From an uncultured Solirubrobacteraceae bacterium (GTDB lineage: Bacteria > Actinomycetota > Thermoleophilia > Solirubrobacterales > Solirubrobacteraceae): 64,000 nt of DNA. Under the pieces are notes generated by a model. That model had not been told where the DNA came from and ran no database searches. It saw only the letters and a program-made list of their open reading frames with translations. A program made the translations under genes and the position numbers. Each line of letters starts with the position of its first letter. Within the stretch, counting starts at the first letter, position 1. The stretch covers positions 1,707,433-1,771,432 of the forward strand of contig OY970308.1 in NCBI GenBank assembly GCA_963716355.1. Reading direction: 5' to 3'. Below, piece after piece: positions 30,864 through 43,243 of the stretch.

Positions 30864-32960
30864 ATGGCCGCCAGCGACCAGACCAGCAGCGCCGACGCGG
30901 CCGGCGCCGATGCCGACCGGCGGCGATCCAGCGGCTCTCGATCGACACGATCCGCGGGCTGTCGATGGACGCGGTGCAGAAGGCCAACTCCGGGCACCCC
31001 GGCACGGCGATGGCGCTCGCGCCGCTGGCCTACATGCTCTTCAAGCGCTTCCTGCAGCGCCAACCCGGCGAGCACCGACTGGCCCGACCGCGACCGCTTC
31101 GTCCTCAGCGCCGGGCCACGCGTGCGTGCTGCAGTACTCGCTGCTGCACCTCGACCGGCTACGAGCTCGGCGCTCGAGGACCTCGAAGCAGTTCCGCCAG
31201 TGGGGCTCGCTCACGCCCGGGCACCCCGAGCGCGGCCACACGCCCGGGATCGAGGTCACGACCGGGCCCGCTCGGGCAGGGCGTCGCCAACGCCGTCGGC
31301 ATGGCGATGGCCGAGCGCTTCCTCGCCGACCGCTTCAACCGCCCCGGCCGCGAGATCGTCGACCACCACGTGTACGCGATCTGCTCCGACGGCGACCTGA
31401 TGGAGGGGATCAGCCAGGAAGCCGCCTCGATCGCCGGCCACTTCGCCCTCGGCAAGCTGATCGTCTGCTACGACGACAACCACATCACGATCGACGGCAC
31501 GCACGTCGATCTCCTTCGACGGCGAGAACCACCCCGACGCGCCTCGCCGCCGACGGCTGGCACGTGCAGCGCGTCGACGGACTCCGAGGACGTGGAGGCG
31601 CTCGACGCGGCGATCGCCGCCGCGCGAGGAAACGCGAGCGCCCGTCGTTCATCGCGATCCGCTCGCACATCGCCTACCCCGCGCCGAACGCGATCGACAC
31701 GGCCAAGTCCCACGGCGCGCCGCTCGGCGAGGACGAGGTCCGCGCGACGAAGGAGGTGATGGGCTTCGACCCCGACCGCGAGCTTCTGGGTCGACGAGCG
31801 CGTCTACGAGCACATGTCGCTGCAAGGAGCGCGGCGCCGCCGCCGCAGCGGGAGTGGCAGCGAGCGCTTCGCAGCCTGGCGCGAGGCCTTCCCGGCGATG
31901 GCCGAGGACTGGGACCGCGCCTGGGCGGGGCGAGCTGCGCGAGGGCTGGCGCGAGGCGCTGCCGACGTTCGACGCCGGCGAGAAGATCGCCACGCGCTCG
32001 GCGGGCAGAAGGTGATGGCGTCGTTCGCCGAGTTCGCGCCCGACGATGATCGGCGGCGCCGCCGATCTCGTCGAGTCGACCAAGACGGTGTTCGAGGGCG
32101 CCGGCGAGTTCTCCCGCGTGCACGCCGGGCGCAACGTCCCGTTCGGCATCCGCGAGCACGCGATGGGCGCGATCGTCAACGGCGCCGCCGCGCACGGCGG
32201 CATCGTCAAGCCCTACGGCTCGACGTTCCTGATCTTCTCCGACTACATGCGCGCGTCCGTGCGCCTGTCGGCGCTGATGGGCCTGCCGGTGCTGTGGGTG
32301 TGGACGCACGACTCCGTCGGCGTCGGCGAGGACGGACCCACCCACCAGCCGATCGAGCACTACGCCTCGCTGCGCGCGATCCCCGCACCTGTGGGTGATC
32401 CGCCCGGGCGACGCCAACGAGACGACGGTCGCGTGGCGCGTGGCGCTCGAACGCGACCGACGGCCCCGTCGCGCTGCTGCTCTCGCGCCAGAACATCGCA
32501 GCGCTCGACCGCGCGGAGGTCGCCGGCGCCGACGGCCTGGAGCGCGGCGGCTACGTGCTGTGGGACTCCGGCCGCCGACGGCGCGCCCGAGCTGATCCTG
32601 ATCTCGACCGGCGCGGAGGTCGCCGACGACGCTCGCCGCGGCGCGCACGCTCGCCGAGGAGGGCACGCGCGTGCGCGTCGTCTCGATGCCGTGCATGGAG
32701 CTGTTCGAAGCGCAGTCCGCGGAGTACCGCGAGCGAGGTGCTGCCGCGCGCCGGTGCGCGCGCGTCTCGCGGTCGAGCCCGGCGCGAGCATGAGCTGGTG
32801 GAAGTGGGTCGGGCAGCGACGGCGACGTGCTCGGACTCGATCGCTTCGGCGCCTCCGCGCCGGGTACTACCGTGCTCGAGAAGCTCGGCTTCACCGCCGA
32901 GAACATCGCCGCCCGCGCGCGGGCGCTGCTCGAGCTCGAAGCCACTAAGGAGACCGCATG
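30864..32960 (+). CDS. tkt: Transketolase; many frameshifts
   Basis: [45 protein letters not shown] and FGASAP motifs. Confidence 0.93.
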
Positions 32961-34079
32961 CCCTCCGACGCACTCTCGCCCCTGCAGCGCCTCTCGGCCC
33001 TCGGGCAGAGCGTGTGGGTCGACTTCCTCTCGCGCGACTCAATCCGCGGCGGCCATCTGCAGGAGCTGATCGACGAGCTACTCCGTCGTCGGCGCCACGT
33101 CGAACCCGACGATCTTCCAGAAGGCGATGACCGCGGGCGACGCCTACGACGAGCAGATCCACGAGCTGGCAACGCAGGGCAGCGACGTGTCGGAGACGCT
33201 TCTGGACGCTCGCCCAGCAGGACATCGACGACGCGTGTGACGTGTTCCGTCCGGTGTGGGACGCGCAGCGGCGGGCGCGACGGCTACGTCTCACTCGAGG
33301 TCGACCCGCGCCTGGCCTACGACACGCTCGAGACGTTCCGCGAGGCGATGCGCCTGCACGAGACGGTCGACCGCGCCGAACCTGATGGTGAAGATCCCCG
33401 CCACCAAGCCCGGGCTCGCGGCGATCGAGGACGTGATCGCCAAGGGCCGCTCGATCAACGTCACGCTGATCTTCTCGCTGCAGCCGCTACGCGGAGGTCG
33501 CCGAGTCCTACGTCCGCGGCCTCGAGCGGCTCGTCGCCGAGGGCGGCGACCCGAGCAAGGTCGCCTCGGTGGCGAGCTTCTTCGTCTCGCGGATCGACAC
33601 CGAGGCCGACCGCCGCCTGGAGGAGATCGGCGGCGCGGATCAGCTGAAGGGCAAGCTCGCGATCGCCAACGCCAAGCTCGCCTACCGCCACTACCTGCGA
33701 GGTGTTCTCCGGGCCGCGCTGGGAGTACCTGGCGGGCAAGGGCGCCACGCCGCAGCGCGTGCTGTGGGCGTCGACGTCGACGAAGAACCCCGCCTACGCG
33801 GACACCCTGTACGTCGAGGAGCTGATCGGGCCGGACACGGTCAACACGATGCCCGAGGAGACGATCGACGCCTACCAGGACCACGGCGACCCGCAGCCGC
33901 GCCTGACGAGCGGGCTGGACGACGCCGAGCGCGTGCTGCGCGAGCTGGCGCAGGCGGGCGTCGACTACGACGACGTCACCGACACGCTCGAGCGCGAGGG
34001 CGTCGAGAAATTCGCCGACTCCTTCGACGAGCTGCTCGCGGCGCTGGATGCCAAGCGCGAGTCGCTCGCGCCGGCCTGA
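32958..34079 (+). CDS. tal: Transaldolase; frameshifted
   Basis: [38 protein letters not shown] and [10 protein letters not shown] motifs. Confidence 0.93.
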
Positions 34080-34145
34080 GCGCCCGCCGCGCCGCCACGC
34101 CAGCGTTGGTCGGTGCCTCACGCGACAGCCCCCGCTCGCCTGGCG

Positions 34146-35449
34146 TCAGCCGTAGGGGATCGGCACCAGCACGCGGATCGTCAGCGGCCCCGAGGGGAAG
34201 GCGGCGGCATCGACGGTGAACACGCGGAAGCTCGCGCCGCGGTAGGTGTAGGAGCCGCTCGCGGGCACCGTCCCAGGTTCGGGGCCGAGGCTGTTCTTGA
34301 CGAGCGTGGAGTGGTGGGCGACGTCCATGTACATCAGCACGCGCAAGCCCGCCAGCCGCTTGGCGAGTCGCAGGTAGCCCTCGTCGTCCTGGATCGAGAG
34401 CACGACGCTGCCGATCGTGCGCCCACGCAGACGCAGCTCGCCGCGCCCTGGCGCCAGCACGTACGGCCCGCCGACGTCCGCCAGCAGCCGTCCGTGGGCG
34501 TCGCTCACGCGCAGGCGCACGACGTGCTGGTGCAGCAGCACGCCGATCGCCGTCCGCGTGGCCACTGGGTCACGTCGCGCGACCGCTTCTAGCAGCGCCC
34601 GGCTGTGCTGGATGCGCCGGATCTGTTCATCGCGTCGCGGCCCCGCCTCCGCCGCGTAGATCAGGCTCGCGATGTGACTGCAGCGTGTTGACGAGCGTCG
34701 TCCTCGCTCGATCGCCCGCACAGCGAGGCGGTGGAGCGCACCGGCCTGAGCACGTACACGCGCAGTGCGCCAGACGGATAGGACTGCGCGGGAAACGACG
34801 TGAAGCGATAGAGGACGTGGCGGTGCGTGAGCGTCCCTTCGCTCGGCAGCGGTCCAGACGGAAGCTGCAGCGATCCGTCGACGCTGCGGTCGTTGGCGCG
34901 CAGCGCGAGCAGCCCTTCGGTGACGCCGCGCGCCTCGTCGAGAAAGCCCCGGTCGTCCCACACGCTCGTCGTGTACGTCGCGATCGGAGCGCCGCCCGCG
35001 CCGGTGATCGTGCCGGTGAGAGGGGCCAACGCGGGACGACCCACGTCGAGCAGCGTGTGGCCTTCGCGCACCACGCGCAGGTTCGCCAGGTGCCGCGTTC
35101 GCAGCAGCGCGTCGGCGGCCACAGTGGCGCTCGCAGCGTCCCCGCGTTCGACAGCTTCGCGCAGCGGCGCGGAGGTCTCGATCAGGTGCTTCGCATCGGC
35201 GGCGCGTTCGCTCGATAGGCCCTCGCGGTAGATGCGCTGCAGCACGCTGCCCACGGTCTGAGTCACGGTCGTGGCGCAGTCGGCTGTCGCGAGCGCGCTG
35301 TGCGCGGGCGGGTCCGGCTTGGCGTGGGCGCCGCCCGCCCCGCAGCCCGCGAGCGTGATGGCGATGGCGGCGGCGATGGCGGCGGCTGCGGCGACGGCGG
35401 CGACTGCGGCTGAGAGGGCGCTCACTCTGGCGACGGAGCTGGCGAGCAT
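34146..35449 (-). CDS. Lipoprotein with two tandem Cache-like repeats; frameshift ~34680
   Basis: LAG-C lipobox; two similar halves (LREAVERGD..LRV..LLDVG and LLEAVARRD..LRV..LLADVG). Confidence 0.6.
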
Positions 35450-35579
35450 CGAGCGGGCAGGCACTGGCGTGGACCGCAGGCGTGCTCGCATGCTCGCAAC
35501 GATCGACACGCACCCTAAGCGCGCGCTAATCGCGCGGTGAGACTCCTCATAGCCGCGCGCGTTCAGTAACGTGACATGC

Positions 35580-36419
35580 GTGCCCGTGGCGCTCATCACC
35601 GGCGCCTCCACGGGAATCGGACGTGCGACCGCGCTGCGTCTCGCGGGCGCCGGCTGGACCGTCTTCGCCGGCGTGCGCGATGCCGCGGTCGGCGAGAGCC
35701 TCGGTCAGGAGGCGAGCGTCGGCAAGGTGATCCCGCTGCGCCTCGACGTGACCGACGGGGCGCAGATCGAGGAGGCCCGCGCGCGCGTCGAGCAGGCGAC
35801 GGGCGCGGCCGGACTGGACGCGCTCGTCAACAACGCCGGCATCGGCATCGGCGGCCCGCTGGAGCTCGTCAGCGACGAGGATCTGCGCAGGCAGTTCGAC
35901 GTCAACGTGTTCGCGCAGATCGCCGTCACGCAGGCGCTGCTGCCCGCGTTGCGCCGCGCTCACGGCCGGATCGTGTTCCTGTCATCGATCGGCGGTCGCG
36001 TGGCTATGGCGTTCACCGCACCCTATGCCGCCTCTAAGCACGCGCTCGAGGCCTTCGCGGACGCTCTGCGCGTGGAGCTGCGCACCTCCCACGTGCAGGT
36101 CGCGCTGATCGAGCCCGGCTCCGTGGCGACGCCGATCTGGGACAAGGGCCGCGCGGAGTCCGACAGGGTCGTCGTGCCGCCGGAGCTTCAGCAGCAGTAC
36201 GGCCATGTGCCCGCGGCGATGAACAAGGTGCTCGCCGACACCGCCAAGCGCGGCGTGCCCCCCGAGCAGGTCGCGGAGACGATCGACCGCGCGCTCACCG
36301 CCAGGCGCATGAAGGCGCGCTATGTGGTTGGACGCGACGCCAGGGCGATGCTCGTCGCCAAGGCGCTCCTGCCGGCTCACGTGTTCGACGCCGTCGCGCG
36401 GCGGGCGCTGGGCGTCTGA
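35580..36419 (+). CDS. SDR oxidoreductase
   Basis: TGASTGIG, NNAG and YAASK motifs. Confidence 0.93.
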   Translation: MPVALITGASTGIGRATALRLAGAGWTVFAGVRDAAVGESLGQEASVGKVIPLRLDVTDGAQIEEARARVEQATGAAGLDALVNNAGIGIGGPLELVSDEDLRRQFDVNVFAQIAVTQALLPALRRAHGRIVFLSSIGGRVAMAFTAPYAASKHALEAFADALRVELRTSHVQVALIEPGSVATPIWDKGRAESDRVVVPPELQQQYGHVPAAMNKVLADTAKRGVPPEQVAETIDRALTARRMKARYVVGRDARAMLVAKALLPAHVFDAVARRALGV

Positions 36420-36434
36420 GCAGCTGGCGCGCCG

Positions 36435-37581
36435 TCAGCCCGGTGGCGGGTAGACGGCCAGCCACGCGAACAGGCTCGTCGTGGCGGCCTGTGTCTGCAG
36501 CATCCCCGGCACGGCGTTGCGGGCGGGCAGCGTCTGGCCGTTCCACGAGCGCAGGTACAGGCCTTCGCCGTTGACCGCGCGCGTCTGCGCTTCGCGCGCG
36601 TTGTCCGCCGCGAGCGCGTACAGCGTCGTGTCGCCGTCGAGCGCGTACAGCGCGAGCATCCACTGCAGGTAGATCGCGTCGTACTGCGGCGAGAAAGTCA
36701 GCAGGTGGCCGAAGCGCGTCAAGCGCGCGTCTTCAGGCGCTCCGCCAGGGCGCATTCTCCGGGAGCTTGGTGATGCGGCACAGCGTCGCCTGCGCGTAGA
36801 TCAGCGGTCCCTCGATGTAGTCGACGGGGGTCGCGTTCGCGCTGCTGCCCGCGTACAGCCCGTCCGCGAGACTGAAGCCCGGACCGTTCGCCCACGTCAG
36901 GAAGCGCCGCGCCTGGGCGAGGTCGAAGTTCGAGCCCGTCAGCTGGTAGAGCAGCGTCGCCAGCAGCGTGTCCGAGGCGAGCGCCGGGCCGGACTTGTAG
37001 GGATGCGCGGTGTTCCACCAGATCCCGCCGGCGCGCGCGTCCCAGCCCGCGCGCGCGATGTAGCGCAGCGCACGCTGCGGCGTCGGCGAGGTAGCGGCGA
37101 TCGCCGGTCGCGCGAAAGGCGTTCACGAATGCCAGACCCCACCAGCCGTTGTCGTCGAACCACGTCTCCGTGTTCGCCTCGCGGTCGCCCGGGTACGGCG
37201 AGTAGCCCGCCACGGGGCGCAGGCCGCGGTTCAGGTAGCGCTCGGCGCCCGCCGCGAAGCGCGCCACCGCGCGGCGGTTGGCGGGAGTGGGGGACGCGAT
37301 CGCGATCGCGTCGAGCGACTGGAACAGCGGCACGATGTCCCAGATCGTCGCCAGCGGGTAGCGCTCGCGGTCGTTCAGCCGCGCGTCGTACCAGCCGCGA
37401 TGCTTGTCGCGCCAGCGTCGCTGCGCGCTCGCCACGCCCGCCTGCGCGAGCGGCCAGGTAGCGCTGCTGGGCGGCGCTGAGCGTGGGCGCGCACCGGTAC
37501 CGCCGCCGCGCGAGCACGCGCCGGGCCTGCGAGGCACAGCGCGAGCGCGAGCGCCGATAGCGCCGGTGTGAGCTTGACCAT
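36435..37581 (-). CDS. Secreted glycoside hydrolase family 76-like protein; frameshifted
   Basis: Signal peptide; WFDDNGWWGLAF catalytic DD motif; GGIWW. Confidence 0.75.
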
Positions 37582-37602
37582 TGGGTACCGTTCTAGCGGA
37601 CC

Positions 37603-38573
37603 ATGAACGACACGACTCAGTTCGCACAGCCGCCTGCACCGCCGTCCGAGCGCGGCGCGTGGCTGCTCGCGTGCACGATCGCCGCGGTCGGCGTGGCCGT
37701 GCTCGTGGCGGTGCTGAGCGGCGCTGTGGGGCGGACCCACGGCACCCCGAACGTCCCCGCTGCGCACGTGACGCTGGTCCAGCCCGCCGCCCCGCCGGTG
37801 GTGAAGGTGGCGGCAGCGACGCCCGCGCCCGGATCCGCGCCGGGGTTAGCCCGTGCGGCGAGCGCGCCCGCGCCGATCCTCTCCAAGCCGTCGCGCGCGC
37901 AGCAGAGCGCCGACGCACGGCGCTTCGTCGACGCCACGCAGACGCACATCCCGCGGTCGTGGATGGAAGGCTTCTACCCGATCTACGAAGCGGCGCAGCG
38001 CACGTTCGGCGTCAACTGGCTGCTGATCGCCTCGATCCACATGCAGGAGACCGCGTTCTCGACGGCGCCCGAGCACCTACCACGGGCTGAACTTCGCGCA
38101 CTGCTGCGGCGGGCCGATGCAGTTCAACGTCACCAACGGGCGCGGCATCCCACGACGTGGGACCTCGTCAGCGACTCCTACACGCTACGGCCAAGCGTCC
38201 CGCCGCGTACGACCACATGACCGCCAAGCACCCGTCGATCTACGACGACTTCGACTCGATCATGGCCGCCGCGCACCTGCTCTCCGCCGACGGCGCCGGC
38301 TACGCGCTCGACGACTCGGCGTGGATCGCGGCGTACGACTACTACGGCCACGACGCGACCGGCGTCTCCTACGCCGACCAGGTGCTCGCGCGCGCGATCG
38401 GCTGGTCCCAGCACGGCTTCTGCATCAACTGCGGCGTGCGCCCCGACTGGTGGAAGCCGTCCACGCCGCCTACGGCGCGCCGGTGCTCGCGGCGCTCGAA
38501 GAAGCCGAAGCGACGCCCGCGCCCGCCGACGCGAAGACGGCGGCCGCGAAGCGTGCCACGGCCGAAGCGCTAG
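37603..38573 (+). CDS. Membrane-anchored lytic transglycosylase-like protein; frameshifted
   Basis: N-terminal TM; WLLIASIHMQETAF, GPMQF..TW and YADQVL motifs. Confidence 0.7.
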
Positions 38574-39718
38574 GCGGCGTCCGCCTGCGCGATCAGCTCG
38601 CCGGCGACCCGGTCGGTCGCCGGCCGGTGCCGCCGAGCAGCCGCCGCGAGAGCTGCGCGCGGCGGAAGTACAGCGGCGCGTCGTGCTCCCACGTCGCGCC
38701 GATGCCGCCGTGCACGGAGATCATCGTGCGCGCCGCCGTGTCGAGCGCGCGCCCCGCGACCGAGCGCGCCGCGCTCGCCGCGAGCGGGAACTCGCCGGGC
38801 GCGCCGCCGCGCGCCCAGCCGGCGTAGTAGAGCAGCGAGCGGCCGTTCTCGAGCTGGCGCAGCACCTCGGTGAGGCGAGTGCTTGACGGCCTGGTAGGAG
38901 CCGATCGCGCGGCCGAACGTGAAGCGCTCCTTGGCGTAGGCGACGGACACGTCGAGCGCCGTCTCGACGCTGCCGAGCGACTCGGCGGCGATCAGCGACT
39001 GCGCCAGGTACCAGGCGCCCGCGAGCGTCTCCGCGGGCGCGTCGAGCACCGTCGCGGGCGCGTCCTTCAGCGAGACGTGCCCGAGCGAGCGGGTCGAGTC
39101 GTAGCGCGTGACCGCCTCGACCGACACGCCGTCCGCGCCCGCCTCGATCGCGACGCCGACGGGCTTGCCGTCGAGCAGCGCCACGCCCACGAGCAGGTCG
39201 GCGCCGGGCGCGTCGGGCACGAACGCGAGCTCGCCGCTGACGCGCGCCTGACCGCCGTCGCCGGCCACCGCCGTCGGGGCGCGGGCCGCGGCCCAGGCCG
39301 CGCGCCGGGTCGACCGTCCAGCTCGCGCTCGAGGTCGTCGGGCGGGCTCGACGGGCAGGTAGGCCGCGCGCCGCTCGCCGGTGGCGAGCTCCTCGAGCAG
39401 CGGCGCGCCGCCCGGCGCGTCGTTGCAGGATCGCCGTCGCCGGGCAGGTGGCCGAGCAGCGCGATGCCGGCGATCACGCGGCCGCACTCGCCGAGCACCA
39501 GCATCGCGTCGAACGCGTCGAGCCCGGCGCCGCCGTGCTCCTCGTCGATCAGCAGGCCGGGCCAGCCGGCCTCCTTGGCGGTCGGCCACAGGTCGGGCAT
39601 CGCGCTCGTCGTCGCCGTCGAGCGCCTCGCGGGCGGCCTCGAGCGTCTTGAAGCGCGAGAGCGCGCCGCGCGCGGCCTCGCGCAGGAACACCTGCTCGTC
39701 TGAGAGTGCGAGGTTCAT
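38570..39718 (-). CDS. Acyl-CoA dehydrogenase; frameshifted
   Basis: YAKERFTFGRAIGSYQAVKH; HGGIGATWEHD. Confidence 0.88.
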   Translation of the reverse strand: MNLALSDEQVFLREAARGALSRFKTLEAAREALDGDDERDARPVADRQGGRLARPADRRGARRRRARRVRRDAGARRVRPRDRRHRAARPPARRRRSCNDAPGGAPLLEELATGERRAAYLPVEPARRPRARAGRSTRRAAWAAARAPTAVAGDGGQARVSGELAFVPDAPGADLLVGVALLDGKPVGVAIEAGADGVSVEAVTRYDSTRSLGHVSLKDAPATVLDAPAETLAGAWYLAQSLIAAESLGSVETALDVSVAYAKERFTFGRAIGSYQAVKHSPHRGAAPARERPLAALLRRLGARRRARRVPARGERGALGRGARARHGGAHDDLRARRHRRDVGARRAAVLPPRAALAAAARRHRPATDRVAGELIAQADAA

Positions 39719-40938
39719 GCCGCCGCTCCTTCCTTGGAGCGCAGCTCGGAGAACGGGATGCCCTTGTCGAGCCGCGGCTCGGGCGGCAGGCCGAGCACGC
39801 GCTCGCCGATCGTGTTGCGCAGGATCTCTTCGGTGCCGCCGGCCGACTTCAGGCCCGGGCAGGAACGAGATCATGTAGGCCCACTCGCTGTCCTCGGGTC
39901 GAGCGCGTCGGGGCCGAGCACGTCGGCGATCAGATCGCCGGCCTTGATCGCGCCGCTGACGATCGTGACCTTCGCGAGGCCCGCCTCGGGGCCGGGGATC
40001 TGGCCCTTCTGCAGCGCCGTCAGCGTGCGGTAGCCGGTGAAGCGGACCGCGAGCAGCTCGCTCGCGATCTCGCCCAGCTGGTGGCGCACCTCGGGGTCGC
40101 GCCGCGCGTGCTCGTCGGCGGCGATCGCCGCGGCGAAGCGGGTCGAGTTGTAGCCCATGCCCTCGCTGCCGAGGCCGATCGTGACGCGCTCGAACATCAG
40201 CGTGGTCAGCGCCGTGCCCCAGCCGTTGCCGACGCCGCCGACGACCGCGCTCGCGTCGAGCTGCGACGTCGTCGAAGAAGACCTCGTTGAACTCGGCCTC
40301 GCCGGAGATCTGGCGCAGGCCGCGCACGGTCACGCCCTCGGCGTCCATCGGCACGATGAACATCGTCAGGCCCTTGTGCTTGGGCACGTCGGCGTCGGTG
40401 CGCGCGAGCAGCAGGCCGTAGGAGGCGAACTGCGCGTTGGTCGTCCACACCTTCTGGCCGCGTCAGCCGCCAGCTGCCGTCGTCCTGCTGGCGCGCGCGC
40501 GTCTGCACCGCCGCGAGGTCCGAGCCGGCGGCGGGCTCGGAGAACAGCTGGCACCAGACCTCGTCGCCGTGCAGCATCGGGCCGAGGTAGCGCGACTTCT
40601 GCTCCTCGGCGCCGTGGGCGATGATCGTCGGCCCGAGCATGCCGACGCCGATCGCGTCGAGGATGCCGGGCACTTTCGCGCGCGCGATCTCCTGGTTGCA
40701 GATCACCTGCTCGATCGGGCCGAGGCCCTGGCCGCCGTACTCCTTCGGCCAGGTCACGCCCGGCGAGGCCGCCCTCGGCGAGCTTGCCCTGCCAGGCGCG
40801 GCGCGCGGCGAGGATCTCCGCCTCGTCCTCGAGCGCGCCCGGGCCCTGCAGGACGGGCGCTTCGGACTTGTGCTCCTCGAGCCAGGCGCGCACCTGGGCG
40901 CGGTACGCGGCCTGCTCGGGTGTGTCGTCGAGATCCAC
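39715..40938 (-). CDS. Acyl-CoA dehydrogenase; frameshifted
   Basis: WCQLFSEPAAGSDLA, KHKGLTMF, EFNEVFF and AGGTEEILRN motifs. Confidence 0.88.
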
Positions 40939-40953
40939 GTCTTCTCCTTTGGC

Positions 40954-40967
40954 TGACTGGCCAGTCA
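40954..40967. promoter_or_regulatory. Palindromic operator upstream of the acyl-CoA dehydrogenases
   Basis: Perfect 14-bp palindrome TGACTGGCCAGTCA next to the RBS. Confidence 0.65.
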
Positions 40968-41049
40968 ATCCTCTGCAGAGAACGGTACTCCACGGCGCGC
41001 GAGCTTGTCGAACTCGTCCAGCGCGTCGCCGAAGCGTCTACGACGCGGC

Positions 41050-42163
41050 TCAGGCGCCGGGCGGGATCGGCGGCTCGCGCACGGCGTGCAGGTGGTAGAC
41101 GTCCTCGAAGCGCGCGGTCGAGCAGCTGGCGCGCCTGCGTGCCGGGGGCGTGGAGTTGCAGCAGCGACGACGCCCAGGCGCACGCCGTCGCGTTCGGCGC
41201 GTCGCCACGAGGCAGCGGCCGGCGGCGATCGGTGTAGCCGGTCTTCAGCCCGGTGGTGCCGGGGTAGTGGTAGATCAGCAGCGGGTTGTTGTTGTAGAGG
41301 TAGAGCTTGCCGCCCTTGATCGGGAAGGGCAGCACGGCCGAGTAGGTGTGCACGACGCGCGCGATCCGCGGCTGGGCCAGGTCGACGTGCGCGAGCACGG
41401 CGAGGTCGGCGGCGCAGGAGAAGTTGCCGGCGTCGTAGAAGCCCGACGGCGAGGAGTAGCGCGTGCAGCCCATGCCCAGCGCTGCGGCTTCGTCGTTCAT
41501 GCGCGCCACGAACGCCGTTGATGCGTGCCCGCCGACGTGCTGGGCGAGCGCGATCGCGGCGTCGTTGCCGGAGGGCAGCAGCAGCCCGTAGAGCATGCTC
41601 TCCAGGCGCACGTGGCTGCCCGAGCGGCAGCACGCCGACCTTCGAGCCGCTCGTAGTCGATCGCCTGCTTGGTGACGAGCACGTGCGCGTTCGGCGGCGC
41701 CGACTTGACGCGTCAGCAGCGCGGTCATCATCTTCGTCAGGCTCGCGATGCGCACGCGCATGATGCGGGTTGCGCTGCCACAGCACCTGGCCGGTGTCGA
41801 GGTCGAACAGGATGCCCGGCGCGCGGCGGGTGGTGGAAGGCGATGTGCACCGGGTCCCGCGACGGCGTGGCGAGCCCCGCGCAGCGCGAGCGCCGGCTTC
41901 GCGAGCGGCAGGCCGCCGGCGGAGAGCGCGGGCGCTGCGGCCGTCGGCCGCGCGCGTTCGCGCTCGCCGGCGAGTCCGCCCCGTGCCCGCCGCGGCGGCT
42001 CGGAGCGCTTGCCGAGCGCCGATCGACAGCCGCGATGCGCGCCCGACGATCGCCGCGCCGAGCACGCCGCGCGATGATCATCCGCCGCGCTGCGGCGCCG
42101 CTGCGCGGCGAGTTCGCGTCGCCGGCGGCTCTCGTCGGGCGTCAGGAAGGGCGATGGCGTCAT
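41050..42163 (-). CDS. D-alanyl-D-alanine carboxypeptidase (peptidase S11); frameshifted
   Basis: ASLTKMMT (SxxK), SGNDAA (SxN) and GLKTGYT (KTG). Confidence 0.88.
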
Positions 42164-42341
42164 CGTTCACCGGGAGGATTGCGCAGCGCGCCGACGATCC
42201 CGACGCCCAGCAGCACGAGGATCGAAGACAGACACGAAGGCTGGCGACGGTGACGCCCTGTTCGACGACCGACACGACGGTCAGGAAGGCGAAGCCGGCG
42301 ATGAACAGGAGCGCGATCGCGAGGACGACAAAGCGTCTCAT
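42160..42341 (-). CDS. Small two-TM membrane protein; frameshifted
   Basis: MRRFVVLAIALLFIAGFAFLTVV..LLGVGIVGALRNPP; ATGA overlap with the downstream gene. Confidence 0.55.
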
Positions 42342-42444
42342 GTGGGTGGGGGTGCGCTCGATCATGGTCGCCCACGCACCAATTCCCCTGCAAAATCGGC
42401 CAATGCTTGAATGACAGGTTGAACCTATCATGGCCGAGATATGG

Positions 42445-43237
42445 CTAGTACACCGGCCGCGGCGGCGCGGCGCGCCGCCGCCCGGCGAACAGCCGGATCG
42501 CGAGCAGGCCGAAGGCGAAGCCGCCGATGTGCGCGAAGTAGGCGACGCCTTCGCCGCCGCCGAGCGGACTGGCGAGGCCGCCGACGCCGAAGTAGAGCTG
42601 CTCGAGGAACCAGAAGCCGAGCAGGAACACGCGCGGGCACCTCGACGATCGTGACGAAGAAGACGATGAAGACGAGCGTCAGCACGCGAGCGCGCGGATA
42701 GAGCAGGAGGTAGCCGCCGAGCACCGCGGCGATCGCGCCGGAGGCGCCGAGCGTGGGGCCGGTCGAGTCGGGGTCGACGAGCACCTGCGCCGCCAGCGCG
42801 ACGAGGCCGCCGAGCAGGTAGAAGGCGAGGAAGCGCACGCGCCCGACGCGATCCTCGACGGTCGGGCCGAAGATCGCGAGGAACAGCATGTTGCCGAGGA
42901 TGTGCAGGAAGCTGCCGTGCAGGAACATCGACGTGAAGGCGGTCTGCCATGTGGCGGGCTGCGACTCCGCGGGGTTCGGCGCAGCCGGTTCGCAGAGAAC
43001 CGTGTTGACGGCGCTTTCGGGCGCTGTGACCGTGGCCAGACCGCAGTGTCTCCGGGATGCGTCAGCTCGTAGGGGATCGCGCCGTAGCGCACGGCCACCC
43101 CGTCGGCGGGGCCGCCGAAGAAGCTGCCGCCGTGGCGGATCTCGAGCAGGTAGGCGATCACGTTGATCGCCACGAGCACCGACCGTGACGAGCGGCAGCC
43201 GCGCGAGCGGGATGTTGTCTTTGAGGGGGAAGATCGG
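42445..43237 (-). CDS. Rhomboid-family intramembrane protease; frameshifted
   Basis: [25 protein letters not shown] and AHIGGF motifs. Confidence 0.9.
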
Positions 43238-43243
43238 GCGAGC

